Source: an uncultured Fibrobacterota bacterium
GTDB lineage: Bacteria > Fibrobacterota > Chitinivibrionia > Chitinivibrionales > FEN-1185
Direction of reading: 5' to 3'
NCBI GenBank assembly: GCA_963753345.1
Contig: CAVWBU010000049.1
Span: 207,017-271,016, forward strand
DNA length: 64,000 nucleotides
Position numbers and translations under genes: made by a program. Below, in pieces: positions 32,215-42,463 of the stretch. The number at the start of each line of letters is the position of its first letter. The first letter of the stretch is position 1. The notes below the pieces were generated by a model that was given only the letters and a program-made list of their open reading frames with translations, was not told the origin of the DNA and did not search any database.

Positions 32215-32628
32215 TTACATTCTGTCGATAAATTGCCCGGAGTCGGCGCAGGTCTCGAGCTCGATCCGCAAGTTGATGATATCGTCTCTGGTGATGTACT
32301 CGTCGCAATGGGAGAACATGGCCGGCGCGACGCACCTTCCCGAAGCGCGGGCCGAAAGCGAAAGAACTCCCCGCGCGCGCTGCGAGCACATCGCCCCGGG
32401 TTGTTCTTTCGTGATGCTGTGCAGTATTTTAAGAACCGTGGTGTCGCGCCGGCTTTTTCGTATTCTGTCAATTTGATTCCGGTTCAGCATAAAACAGCGG
32501 GTCTTGTAGTAGATAAGCGGGGCGGAGCACAGCGGGCAGCCGAGGATTATCATTGAAGCGTTGTTGCTCAGGAGGACCTCAAACGGCTTCCCGCAGTGCG
32601 GACATTCAATGGCGATCGTGGTGACCAT
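32215..32628 (-). CDS. Hypothetical protein with N-terminal zinc ribbon
   Basis: CPHC..CPLC pair; C-terminal ITRDDIINLRIELE helix; upstream AAGGAA-like RBS region. Confidence 0.7.
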   Translation of the reverse strand: MVTTIAIECPHCGKPFEVLLSNNASMIILGCPLCSAPLIYYKTRCFMLNRNQIDRIRKSRRDTTVLKILHSITKEQPGAMCSQRARGVLSLSARASGRCVAPAMFSHCDEYITRDDIINLRIELETCADSGQFIDRM

Positions 32629-32711
32629 GACAGCGCCGCTTTCTTTCCGGTTTTGGCACGAGGAACCTTTGCAACTTAATTGTACCACGCCAGAGGGGAT
32701 AAGTCAAGAAA

Positions 32712-33644
32712 ATGAGCGAAGAAACAAAGGTTGGACAGGACAGAGCCGAAGCGGCTGAAAAAGAAGTCAGATGCCTTATTTCCATAACAAAAAGAGCGCT
32801 TAAGCGTGTAAGGTCAAAATTGCAAAAACAGGATGAAGAGCTCAAAGAGGCCCGGCAATTCGCGCTGTTTGCGCAGATCGCGGACTCTCTGCTTGCGCAT
32901 CCGGAAGAAGTCGCCCGCGGTGCGTCTGCGGCATCAATCGAGAACATCCACGAACAGCGCCGGGAGGACGTGGCACTGGATCCTGCCCGAACGGTATTTG
33001 AAAATGCCGAGGAATATTACCGGAGATCAAGGAAAGGGAAACGAGGTCTTCCGATCATAGAAAAGAAACTTACGGAAACACGCGGCGAAGAATCCCGTTG
33101 TGCAGGGGTTTTAACGGCGCTCGAATTGATGAGAGACGATCCCGCACCGGATCCGGCCGTGGCGGCCGGAAAGTCGGCCGAGGCCCGGACAGCGCTGGAG
33201 AACCTCGGCGTTCTTCCCAGGAGCCGGGCGCCGCGGCCGAAAAGCGAAGCGGACGGCGTGCCGTACAGGCACCTGAGCCTTGACGGATGGGATATCTACA
33301 TCGGCAGGAACGACGCCCAGAACGACGAACTCACCACGCGCTTCGCGCGGCCGTGGGACGTGTGGATGCACGTTGCGGCGAGTCCCGGGTCGCATGTGCT
33401 TGTCCGCCGGGATAAAAACGCTCCGTGGCCGCAAAAGGATCTTCTTGTCAAGGCCGCCTCGTTCGCCGTCTGGTTTTCAAAGGCAAAGCACACGTCGTAT
33501 GCCGATGTCAACATAACCGAGGCGCGGTTCGTCCACAAGCGGCGCCACGCGCCGCCTGGAGAGGTTGTGGTCGACCGGTGCAAGACGCTGCGCGTCGCGC
33601 CGAAGTCGCCCCAGGAATACTTCGGCGGCGATTTCGATAAGTAA
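32712..33644 (+). CDS. NFACT RNA-binding (DUF814) domain protein, RqcH/FbpA C-terminal-like
   Basis: FENAEEYYRRSRKGKR coiled coil; IYIGRNDAQNDEL..DVWMHV..PGSHV..AVWFSKAK..PGEV. Confidence 0.88.
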   Translation: MSEETKVGQDRAEAAEKEVRCLISITKRALKRVRSKLQKQDEELKEARQFALFAQIADSLLAHPEEVARGASAASIENIHEQRREDVALDPARTVFENAEEYYRRSRKGKRGLPIIEKKLTETRGEESRCAGVLTALELMRDDPAPDPAVAAGKSAEARTALENLGVLPRSRAPRPKSEADGVPYRHLSLDGWDIYIGRNDAQNDELTTRFARPWDVWMHVAASPGSHVLVRRDKNAPWPQKDLLVKAASFAVWFSKAKHTSYADVNITEARFVHKRRHAPPGEVVVDRCKTLRVAPKSPQEYFGGDFDK

Positions 33645-33730
33645 AGCAGCCAGCCTCCACGGCCAACAAATACCTTGCCCACATGGCAAACCGGTATTAT
33701 TTTAGTAGCGGTTTTTTTGACGAGAATGAT

Positions 33731-33807
<77 letters not shown>

Positions 33808-33814
33808 ATAAAAC

Positions 33815-33846
33815 AAAAAAAGCTGGCCATGAGGTCAGCTTTTTTT
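33815..33846 (+). terminator. Terminator after tRNA
   Basis: AAAAAAAGCTGGCC-ATGA-GGTCAGCTTTTTTT. Confidence 0.8.
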
Positions 33847-33874
33847 GTTTTTGTTTATTGGTGCGGGGTATAGA

Positions 33875-33968
33875 CGAAGATCGTCGTTCAAAGCTGCAGG
33901 CGCAGCCAAGGCTTGGGCGACCACAACTGCATTGAAGGTTGCGGAGCCAAATCGAGCCCCCGCTACCA
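33875..33968 (+). repeat. tRNA-Met 3' remnant (att-like) interrupted by a 55-bp insertion
   Basis: CGAAGATCGTCGTTCAAA[55 bp]CAAATCGAGCCCCCGCTACCA versus tRNA CGAAGGTCGTCCGTTCAAATCGGACCCCCGCTACCA. Confidence 0.75.
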
Positions 33969-34083
33969 TATATAACCCTCAGACGGGTTGGTAACTTAGG
34001 CCGGTCTTGTAACCGGCCTTTGTTATTTTTTGGTCACACTGTTGGTCATGTCGCAGCTGCCCGAATGATTTCCTACGTTTGAA

Positions 34084-34285
34084 TAGCACAGCCCGCGCAA
34101 TCCCCGCGAGTTCGCTTACGCGGCTACTCCTGTGGTATGTATGCAGGCGTAGTCGTGGTGGCGCGGGGTTAGCGGGCGAATATTTATTATTCTATTTCCT
34201 TAGCTATGGAAGACCACGCAGTAGAGGCCGCAGACGTGCTTCGACCGCATGGCCAATCCCCGCCACTTCAGGCGGGGTTTTTCAA
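34084..34285 (+). mobile_element. Two-hairpin miniature element, copy B (202 bp, two internal insertions)
   Basis: TGAA|TAGCACAGCCCGCGCAATCCCCGCG..CGCGGGGTTAGCGGGCGAATAT..ATCCCCGCCACTTCAGGCGGGGTTTTTCAA. Confidence 0.85.
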
Positions 34286-34439
34286 TCCCATAGTCCACCT
34301 GTCAAAATTTATTAATGTATCGGATTGGTGAACAAAGTTGTTAACTAACAGCCGCTTTCGGAACCGCGGGCAGTTAGATTATTTGCGGATGAGTTTCGTG
34401 ATTGGTGATTTTTCGGTTAGTATCGACAGGAGGTATGAG

Positions 34440-34634
34440 ATGTCTTGCAAAATGCGATTTTTATTCCTTGACAGGTATCAACGACGATTGTCGCATATGT
34501 CACTTGGTGCGATTCTGGCGTTATTGACAATATGCATAGCTATCCGGGCCCAGGACACCGTAGATGCCACGACACTAACCGGCAAATACATGTGCGGTCT
34601 CGTCTGCGGCGAATATGGCGCTTCCGTCTGCTGA
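34440..34634 (+). pseudogene. Truncated remnant of a secreted glycoside hydrolase (GH71/99-like N-terminus)
   Basis: GGAGG RBS, signal peptide, then VDATTLTGKYMCG, resembling the (V/Y)MCGYQGWF start of GH71/99-like proteins; stops shortly after. Confidence 0.45.
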
Positions 34635-34745
34635 TTTTACAACTTATTCGCCATATTCAACTTGTCAATAGGGCTCATAACCAAAATGTCGCTCGTTCAA
34701 ATCGGGCCGAAAATGCCGCTGATAACCAGGTCAATATCCGATCAT

Positions 34746-36929
34746 CTATTTCAAAATAAACTTCTTGTTGATCTTCTGCCGATCTGACTCCGCAGTAACA
34801 AAGTACACGCCCTTTGGGTATTCTGAGACGTCAATGTCTTGTGCGGTGCGGGTATTCGTACTGCCTTGGTACACTACGCGACCCTGAACATCGGTAATAA
34901 AAAGCCGATTTACCGGCAGGCCGCCCAAGGCAAAGTGGAGATGAGTGCCTGCAGCACGAAGATAAATTGCAACGGTTTTCGCTTGGGATGAGGTTGTGGC
35001 CTTTAAAGTTGCGGTGTTTTCCTGGAAAAACCTGAAATAGTTTATGTTGTACAGATATCCGGACCCCTTATATACCAGATAAAGGTTTTGCAATCCTTTG
35101 GCTAAAGCAATTGGCGCTGCAACAGTTGTGTAGGTACTCCAGCTGCCCGTGCCTGGTACCGTAACGGTTCCGATCAGTGTGCCGGTTATTCCACCAAGCC
35201 TGATTTCAATGGTTCCGCCGGCCGTTGCGCTCGAAACTCTGAATCCGACACTATCAGCGCCGGTTGAACCAAAATCCACGTTCATGTATGCGGTGTAGTA
35301 TCCGTCCTGAATGCCGCCAAGCTGGTCAACGCCGCTCACGTCGGCGGTTGGTTCGACAATGACCCCTTTCAAATAATCAAAGTCTTCAGCTTCAATTGTT
35401 GCGTAAGCGTCTTTGGTGATTGTTGTAGACAGAGGACAATTGATCATCAGCGAAACGGCCGTAGATGCGCTGAACGCCGTGTACTGCGCGGTATCGGAAG
35501 CCCTGTTTCCCCACAAGGTGCCGATAATATCGCTTGTGTCACGGTTGTTATAGGCTACTTTTGCGTTGAGCTGCAACCAGGCTATATAATCGGGCTTGTT
35601 GAGATCAACGACATAGCGACGGGCATACCGCATGAATATTCCCTTGAATCCGCAGAGATCCGGTCCGTCCTCCGAATTGATTACATTCGATTGGAACATG
35701 GTGTTTTGCGTATAGCCTGCAATGGTGAGTGCATCATCGAGATAGGTGGTGTCTTTGGTGTAATTGTAAAGCATTACCGCAGCGCCCAGGTATGTTCCTT
35801 GATTATAGGTAGAACTCCAGTCACCGACCTTTCCGTCATAATTATCGTTCACCTTGCCGGTGCTTCTGACCAGCAAGTATATCCTTGACCACGTGTAGAT
35901 TTGCTGTGCCTTTGTAAAGTACGTTGTGTCGCCTGTTGCCTGTCCCAGGTACATTGCCGCCACGGTTGCCGGCCCGTTGATACAGGAGTTTTTCGTGGTC
36001 AGCCCCTGCTCCCACAATAACCCACCGCCGTACCCGGTAGTCCACGCGCGGGAATACATCTCGTCAAATTGTTGTTTGGCCTTGTTCAGGTAGGTTTGGT
36101 TGCCGGAAAGGAGAGCGGCGCGAACACATGCGATGACCGCCCAGGTGATATCATCGTTAAAATTGTTCCACATCCAGTCGGCGCCCTGTTTCGCGATAAA
36201 TCCCTTGTACATCTGATCGAACATGTCCCTGTATTTTGCAAGACCGGTGACTTCGTAGGCGTCATCCACAATCTCCATTATTTCGGCGATACCCCAAAAG
36301 CCCTCGCCGTTGACATACCCTCCTGCCGCATCTGTCGAGTAATACTTGGTTTTCCATGCCGCAAAAATCTGATCGGCAATCGCAGCAGCGGGCGCGGCAA
36401 TCTGGGATGATTGTGCCTGGAATAGCCACTTTTGAGAGTCATCGGAATTCGATTGCCATAAGAGGACATTGGCGCCATTTGCATTCGTTCCGTTCAATAG
36501 ATCGAGTGAAAAATTCGGGTTGGCGGCGGTTTTCAATTCATAGTAGCCGCCGCCGGCATCCACGATGCTCCACGCAACGGTGTTGTCGTTGGTGTTGCTG
36601 TTCTGATCAACATTTACCGAGTTGGCAGGTGTTGCATTGGCACTATGCAACAATTTCCCGCTTCCGGCGTTTGTCAATGTGTAGAGGCCATTTCCGCTGT
36701 AGATCACCATCCAGCGCTCCGCATCCGATCCAGTATTCGTCCATGTATCGACATTGCCGCCATTTGCCATGGAAGAATTGCCGACATCCAGCAATTTGCC
36801 GCTCGCCTTGGATGAAAGAGTGTACAGTGCGCCCGATGTAATGCCGGCGGTTTGTGGGAAACAAATGTCAATAGCGGCCAGCACCATAATTAGCAAAAGG
36901 CAAACCGGATGAAACGGGAATGATTTCAT
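34746..36929 (-). CDS. GH76 alpha-1,6-mannanase-like enzyme with ricin-B lectin, CBM6 and T9SS-type C-terminal domain
   Basis: NFNDDITW, KNSCINGP, TYNQGTYLGA, FKGIFMR; QxW ricin motifs; IEAEDFD..VDFG..TGSWSTY; DVQGRVVY..PKGVYFV..KKFILK. Confidence 0.9.
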   Translation of the reverse strand: MKSFPFHPVCLLLIMVLAAIDICFPQTAGITSGALYTLSSKASGKLLDVGNSSMANGGNVDTWTNTGSDAERWMVIYSGNGLYTLTNAGSGKLLHSANATPANSVNVDQNSNTNDNTVAWSIVDAGGGYYELKTAANPNFSLDLLNGTNANGANVLLWQSNSDDSQKWLFQAQSSQIAAPAAAIADQIFAAWKTKYYSTDAAGGYVNGEGFWGIAEIMEIVDDAYEVTGLAKYRDMFDQMYKGFIAKQGADWMWNNFNDDITWAVIACVRAALLSGNQTYLNKAKQQFDEMYSRAWTTGYGGGLLWEQGLTTKNSCINGPATVAAMYLGQATGDTTYFTKAQQIYTWSRIYLLVRSTGKVNDNYDGKVGDWSSTYNQGTYLGAAVMLYNYTKDTTYLDDALTIAGYTQNTMFQSNVINSEDGPDLCGFKGIFMRYARRYVVDLNKPDYIAWLQLNAKVAYNNRDTSDIIGTLWGNRASDTAQYTAFSASTAVSLMINCPLSTTITKDAYATIEAEDFDYLKGVIVEPTADVSGVDQLGGIQDGYYTAYMNVDFGSTGADSVGFRVSSATAGGTIEIRLGGITGTLIGTVTVPGTGSWSTYTTVAAPIALAKGLQNLYLVYKGSGYLYNINYFRFFQENTATLKATTSSQAKTVAIYLRAAGTHLHFALGGLPVNRLFITDVQGRVVYQGSTNTRTAQDIDVSEYPKGVYFVTAESDRQKINKKFILK

Positions 36930-37188
36930 GGCCTCTTCCTTCCTTTCAGATTTCTATCAGCGCGTGGTCCCGTCCTGTGAAATGACCGCGTTTGAGACAA
37001 ACTACAGGTAATTTACCTCTAAAATATTTCATCAGCCTGGTGATTATCTCTATCGTTGGAGAAGAGCTGAACATTAGGTAGGTATGGAAGAATGTTTCAT
37101 GTGGGTCCGGTTTCCCAAAAAGGAGCTTCCAATCAGCTCACCAATACCAAGAATATTACCGGTAATTGATTATTCAAATTGAGCCGTT

Positions 37189-37923
37189 ATGCAAAAACAT
37201 AATACTGTGGTTTTAATTCTGGTTTCATGCGTTGTGCTGATGGCAATGTGGGGCTGCACATCGCCATCCTCCAGCCCGACGTCATCAACCATTAATCTCG
37301 GTTTGGTTGCTTATTACCCCTTTAATGGGAATGCAAACGATGAAAGCGGCCATGGGTTCAATGGAATTGTCAATGGCGCGACATTAACGACAGACAGGTT
37401 TGGTCATCCTGATAAGGCATATTACTTTAACGGAAGCAGCGGCATTTCAACAACCGTGGATACAACTTTGTCTTTAACGAAATTCACCATGGCGGCCTGG
37501 TTTGAGAGTGATGCGGCAACAAATGCCCGCATTGTGGCGGTAACCCGGCTGTCCCAATGCAATTGCTACTATGGAATCATCCATGAGAATCAGAACGAAC
37601 TGCAGATCATGCTGCTCACTGATTCCACCAGCGTCACCGGATACAGGGTGAGTAACTCTCAAGCAGCGCCCAGCTCGGGATCATGGCATCACTGCGCGAC
37701 AACATATTCCAACGGAGTCCTGAAAATCTACGTTGACGGTGCACTTGATGATTCGGTGACTTCCGTGGCTCCTCTGGAAACGCAATTCAGGTCCTCGGCG
37801 GCTTTGCAAATAGGGTTTTGTGCCGCGGATAACAAATTTATCGGCAAATTGGATGATATTCGAATCTATAACAGGGTTCTAACGGATGCTGAAATAGCTG
37901 CTGTCTATTCGTTCCTTAATTGA
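37189..37923 (+). CDS. LamG-like jellyroll domain lipoprotein
   Basis: Lipobox MWGC; GLVAYYPFNGNANDESG, DRFG, WHH..TY..IYVDG, GKLDDIRIYNRVL. Confidence 0.88.
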   Translation: MQKHNTVVLILVSCVVLMAMWGCTSPSSSPTSSTINLGLVAYYPFNGNANDESGHGFNGIVNGATLTTDRFGHPDKAYYFNGSSGISTTVDTTLSLTKFTMAAWFESDAATNARIVAVTRLSQCNCYYGIIHENQNELQIMLLTDSTSVTGYRVSNSQAAPSSGSWHHCATTYSNGVLKIYVDGALDDSVTSVAPLETQFRSSAALQIGFCAADNKFIGKLDDIRIYNRVLTDAEIAAVYSFLN

Positions 37924-38122
37924 CAAGCGAACATGCTTCTTTCTGTCGTAATGCCTTGCTGTCTATCAGCCTGTATATACTTTGACCAGCCACGTGCTTT
38001 CCGTCTTCCTACCCACCTTTTTCAGGGAGGAAGCCAGCATGTAACATAATGGGGTTTTTGCTCTTGCTGTCTTGACCGCCGACATCATGCCATGGGGCTG
38101 GGGCGTGAAATCGAGCCCCCGC

Positions 38123-39166
38123 TTACCTCATCCGTTTGTAAACAACATGCGCCCCATCGTTCTCACTTCCCTCGTAATGCCCGCGGTTGATCCTTTTTAC
38201 GGTGTTGACTATGGGCGCCTTGGCGACCCCGACCCACTCCTTGGTGAATGTTGCCGTGCCGCTTGCCGGGTCATACCTGAAACCCGTAATATTGAACTTG
38301 TGTTTGCCTTCGACCATGCACTTTGTTCCGTCAACAATCTGGAACTCCTCAGACCCTGACTCCCCTCCATCGTGAGAATAGGCATTGCTCCATATCCCTG
38401 GAAATATGGATTCAATTGTTGCGCCGGTCTGAGCCGGTGCAACGCCCTGGTCCGGAGAAGGAACGGATATCGCGGCCGGCGCTTCTGCCGCTTGTAAACC
38501 TACAACTCGCGCTTTTTCCGTTTTTGCAGGAATGGACGCAGGGGCGGGCGCTTTCATGGCTTGCGGGCCCGTATCCGGCGCCTTTCCTATTCTTTCGGGA
38601 ATCTCTTCCCTGTGTTCAACTGTTTGCGGCGGCAATGGCTTCCCACCCGCTTTTACGGTCTTCCCGGATTTCCGCTTCTTCAATTCAGCCTTGATCTTTT
38701 TAAGAAAGTTCTTCGAATTGTCATGCCAGTTCGATTTCAATTCGTCATCCTTAACGGCCTTCCGGTCCAGGGACTTGTTTACTTCCTTGCACAAGGTGAA
38801 CACTTGCTGTTCATTCAACGCCGTTGCCTTAAACAAGGACAAGGGCATCTTCAGATTGCCGGGCGTCATGTTAATTAATACAGGGAGGATCTTGTTGTCT
38901 CTCGATCCCTTATAAATGGAACCGGCCTCAAAATGAATCCGCGGATTCTCCGCAGTGTCTTTTGTCAGGAAGACGAGCGCACAGGCGGAGCGGGCCATTC
39001 GCTTCGACGTTTCGTTAAGCCATTGTTTTCCCTTCTTGGTTTCCAACGGCACATACGGATTTGCCCCGGGAACAATCTTTGGAAGATATTCCCGGAAAAT
39101 TCCTGCAATTTTCCGGCTCAAAGGACCGTCCCAGCTCATGAAGACATTTTCCGAAGCCATAGTCAT
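38123..39166 (-). CDS. TIR domain protein with Pro/Ala linker and beta-rich C-terminal domain
   Basis: VFMSWDG..SRKIA, KGKQW, ALVFLT, NPRIHFEAGSI (catalytic-type Glu), ILPVL. Confidence 0.8.
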   Translation of the reverse strand: MTMASENVFMSWDGPLSRKIAGIFREYLPKIVPGANPYVPLETKKGKQWLNETSKRMARSACALVFLTKDTAENPRIHFEAGSIYKGSRDNKILPVLINMTPGNLKMPLSLFKATALNEQQVFTLCKEVNKSLDRKAVKDDELKSNWHDNSKNFLKKIKAELKKRKSGKTVKAGGKPLPPQTVEHREEIPERIGKAPDTGPQAMKAPAPASIPAKTEKARVVGLQAAEAPAAISVPSPDQGVAPAQTGATIESIFPGIWSNAYSHDGGESGSEEFQIVDGTKCMVEGKHKFNITGFRYDPASGTATFTKEWVGVAKAPIVNTVKRINRGHYEGSENDGAHVVYKRMR

Positions 39167-39595
39167 CCTTTCTGAGAAAGAAATGTGTCCGTTTGTTTCC
39201 TTGATGCCTCTTGCCGCGCAATCCCCGTGACTTGGTTCCTGATTCTTCTCTATAAACTAAGTTATCACTCATACGGTAAGTCAACTCTATCCCGCAAATA
39301 GATTGCTCCGAGTCTCTGATGGTGAGGGTTAAGCGGCTGCCGGCGAAAATTGGTTGACATTGCATTGTTGACAAAAATATCGCGGCAACCGTATACTCTC
39401 AAGTGATGGCCCTCCTAGGAAATAACGAATGTTTCAAAGCCCTGTCTTCTGTTTCTCCCTTTGCCGGAGAATGCTATTAAGGTGCGTTCTGCGCGCATCT
39501 CCAGCCGGCCGTCCAGAATTGTTTGTCCGGTTTTGGCTACCGGTCCACTTTGGCACTACGGTTCCAACGAATATCAAGAAGAAAGCGACTGGTCT

Positions 39596-40420
39596 ATGAG
39601 GACGTCTGCTTGTTTGCCGGCTGTTGTTATAATCTTCAATTCTTGTGCTCTCGCTCAGGTTGACACTATCCATGATACCACTGATTTTCCGACCAAGTAC
39701 AGTATCTCGGTAACCCCGATGGCGACATTGTCCTGCCCGAATTTCAAGTTTGGCGACAATTATTCACCCTATTGGGGAGGTGGCGCCAAAGCCTGTCTTA
39801 CCATGGACGTCAGGGAAGGCATGGCGGGATTTGATTTGGGTTTGTCGTGGTATTACGATCAGTTCAAGGCAAAAGAAACAGGTACAATCGCCGGCATGAA
39901 CAATCTCAGTTTAGGTTTTGACATGTATGTTTATTGGATTATTTCCGGAATTAACTTCGGTGCCTCCCAATTTGATGCCAGTGATGCAATTTACAATAGC
40001 CTTGGTGGAAAAACAGGTACGGAATTTGGCGCCCGAAACAGGGAATTGGCATTTTCTTATTCCCGCTATTTCGGTTTGCGTGTCCCGATCGGCGGCTGGG
40101 TTGCTGTGGACTGCGAATATCAGCTTGTTTCCCTGGAAACAAGCTATATGTTCTGGCACAACTCGCTTTCCGGCGGGATCGCAGGCGTAACTATGGCGCC
40201 TTTTACCCTTGCTGCCGCAAGTTGCCTAATGAACAAAAATATTCTAGGGGCAATTATTTCGAAGGTATTGGGCGCCGGCGTTTCCTGGGCCTGGTATTAT
40301 TTCGGTTACAAGAATCACGACTGGCCTTGGCATGATCCCAGTCCGATGTGCTTTCCACGATGTCTCCTTGGGGTAACTTTCAATATCGGGCGTTGGGCTC
40401 CAATTCAGGACGCAAATTGA
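39596..40420 (+). CDS. Hypothetical exported or outer-membrane protein
   Basis: Signal peptide-like N-terminus, aromatic amphipathic strands, LGVTFNI near the end. Confidence 0.55.
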   Translation: MRTSACLPAVVIIFNSCALAQVDTIHDTTDFPTKYSISVTPMATLSCPNFKFGDNYSPYWGGGAKACLTMDVREGMAGFDLGLSWYYDQFKAKETGTIAGMNNLSLGFDMYVYWIISGINFGASQFDASDAIYNSLGGKTGTEFGARNRELAFSYSRYFGLRVPIGGWVAVDCEYQLVSLETSYMFWHNSLSGGIAGVTMAPFTLAAASCLMNKNILGAIISKVLGAGVSWAWYYFGYKNHDWPWHDPSPMCFPRCLLGVTFNIGRWAPIQDAN

Positions 40421-40697
40421 GGCTTGCCGGGAACAAGTTTATGACCGGCGTTTGAAGGGATGCCGAGCGCTCTTGCAGCGGCTGTTTCGGCCACTTTTCT
40501 TGTCACCACGCTGCCGGTAATAATTGCGATACCTGCAAGAGTTTGACCATGAGCGCGCAGGGCGGTCAACCACGGGGAAATACGGCAGGAGATCGCAAAA
40601 AAAATGGGCAAAAAACCATTCCAAAGCGTATCTTTATGAAAAGCAACAATCGCACGTTTTTCTTTGTCTTATTCACCAAAAGATGGGGGAGGGTGAA

Positions 40698-42250
40698 ATG
40701 AAAAAAGCGGCAGTGTCGTGTCTGATGGCGGCGTTATTCGCCTGGTCTGTCTTTTCCCAAACCGTCAACATTTGCGGAAAGGTGACGGACCCGGCAGGGA
40801 ATCCCCTGACCCACACGGTGGTCAGGCTGGGCCAGGCAACGCAGGATTACGGTTTCGGGCCGATGCCGTATATGGTAAACACGGACGCCAACGGCCAATA
40901 CCAACTGGGAACAGGGGCCTGCCCTCCCACCAACGTACTTAGGGTAAGCAAGGCCGCTCATGGCGGCGCATATCCGAAGCCGGTGTACATGGGTGGAAAA
41001 GTGCTGTTCAGCGTGCTTCCGGTCAAGGCCTGGGTGAAGATGAGCATGTATGATCTGGCCGGCAGGTTTGTAAGAGACGTGTTGAACAGCACGCTTACCA
41101 GGGGAAATTACTCCGGATCGATTGACACGCGCGGGATTTCGTCACAGTACTATCTGCTTCGCGTGACCATCAACGGTGCGACAAACGTTTTGAAATTCCG
41201 TCCGCTTTCACGCGTTCAGGGCGCGACCCTGGCCCAAAACGAACCCGATTTCCAGGCCAGGCTCGAAAAAGTCGCGGCTGTGGTGGACACACTGCATGTA
41301 ACTGAACCGGGTTACAGCATCGGCGTCACGCCGATAGACACGCTGGTGGGGCATTACGATTTCGTGTTGACAAAGACCACTTCATGGACCGGCGACAAGG
41401 CCTCCATCGCCGCCTTCTGGGGAGACACGAGCACCTATCCGAAGAATTTTCAGTACATTATTCTCAACAGGACCAACGGTGCATGGCCGGACTCCAAGGT
41501 TTGCTGGGGGGGAACAAGACTCCGCTTTCCACGGCGAATACAAAGCCGATCGCCAGCGAGAGATTCTATATCTATATCGATCCCACCGATTCCAACAGCA
41601 GATATTTTGATTTTCTCGAAGTTAACGCAGGGGGCGGGATGTTCAATGGCAATTCCACCCGGGTGGACGGATGGAGGCTTCCCATTGCTTTCCGGCTCCA
41701 TACCTCGACCGGCATCGATACCATAATGGGCGATGCGTATGAAACGTTCTTTCAAACACGCCAGGCGAAATTTGATGAATTTCTGAATGAGGTGCCGAAG
41801 GAATTCACCCCTCTTGCAAAAGTAAATTTTGCCAATATCTATTCAGCCCAAATGATGGCGGTCAACTATTACAACACGGGCGGCGTGTATGCGACTTATT
41901 TCGACAAATACCAGGACTCTGTCATTGCCCACAACACAGGCGCACCTACTTTAACCACTACCTGGAACGTTTTGGCCTGTGCGGGTCCGTTGGGCGCTTC
42001 AGCCGATTGGTGCGCCGCCTACAACAGGCACGTCGGAACTCTGCCGCAAGGCGCGAATTTTGCAAACTGGCGCGTCAATGACTCCGCATCGTACTATCAG
42101 ACGGCGCCGTGCAACTATTTCTCGCGGTGGTGCCATCGTCGGTCGATAAACAATTACTGCTACGGGTTTGCCTACGACGACGACGGCGGCCATCAGGCGT
42201 TTATGGGCATAGGCAATGTCCAGTGGATTGCGGTCGCGATAGGGTGGTAA
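40698..42250 (+). CDS. GH64 beta-1,3-glucanase-like protein 1; frameshift in G run 41506-41512
   Basis: FDFLE..GNSTRVDGWRLP, NYFSRWCH..YGFAYDD; paralog of the intact genes at 44279 and 46503. Confidence 0.82.
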
Positions 42251-42282
42251 CAGGCCGACAAGTCCGCAGCGTTTTCCCGTAG

Positions 42283-42316
42283 AGAACCACGGCCTTTGGC
42301 CGTGGTTCTTTTTTTC
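42283..42316 (+). terminator. Rho-independent terminator
   Basis: AGAACCACGGCC-TTT-GGCCGTGGTTCT plus T tract; related hairpins at 44061 and 48113. Confidence 0.82.
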
Positions 42317-42463
42317 CCTCGCAGGGGCGCCAAGCGCAAGGGTGCTCGCAAAAAAAATGAGCGAAGGGCCGTTCCGAAGCGTATCTTAATGACATAAGAG
42401 AAATTGGACAAAGGCAAGTTCCGACCTGCCCTTCGGCTCAACCCGGAAAAAGGGGAGGGTGAA

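Noticed and set aside
41506-41512. G7 tract as a phase-variation switch in GH64 gene 1
   Set aside because: Short tract, indistinguishable from a homopolymer error without reads
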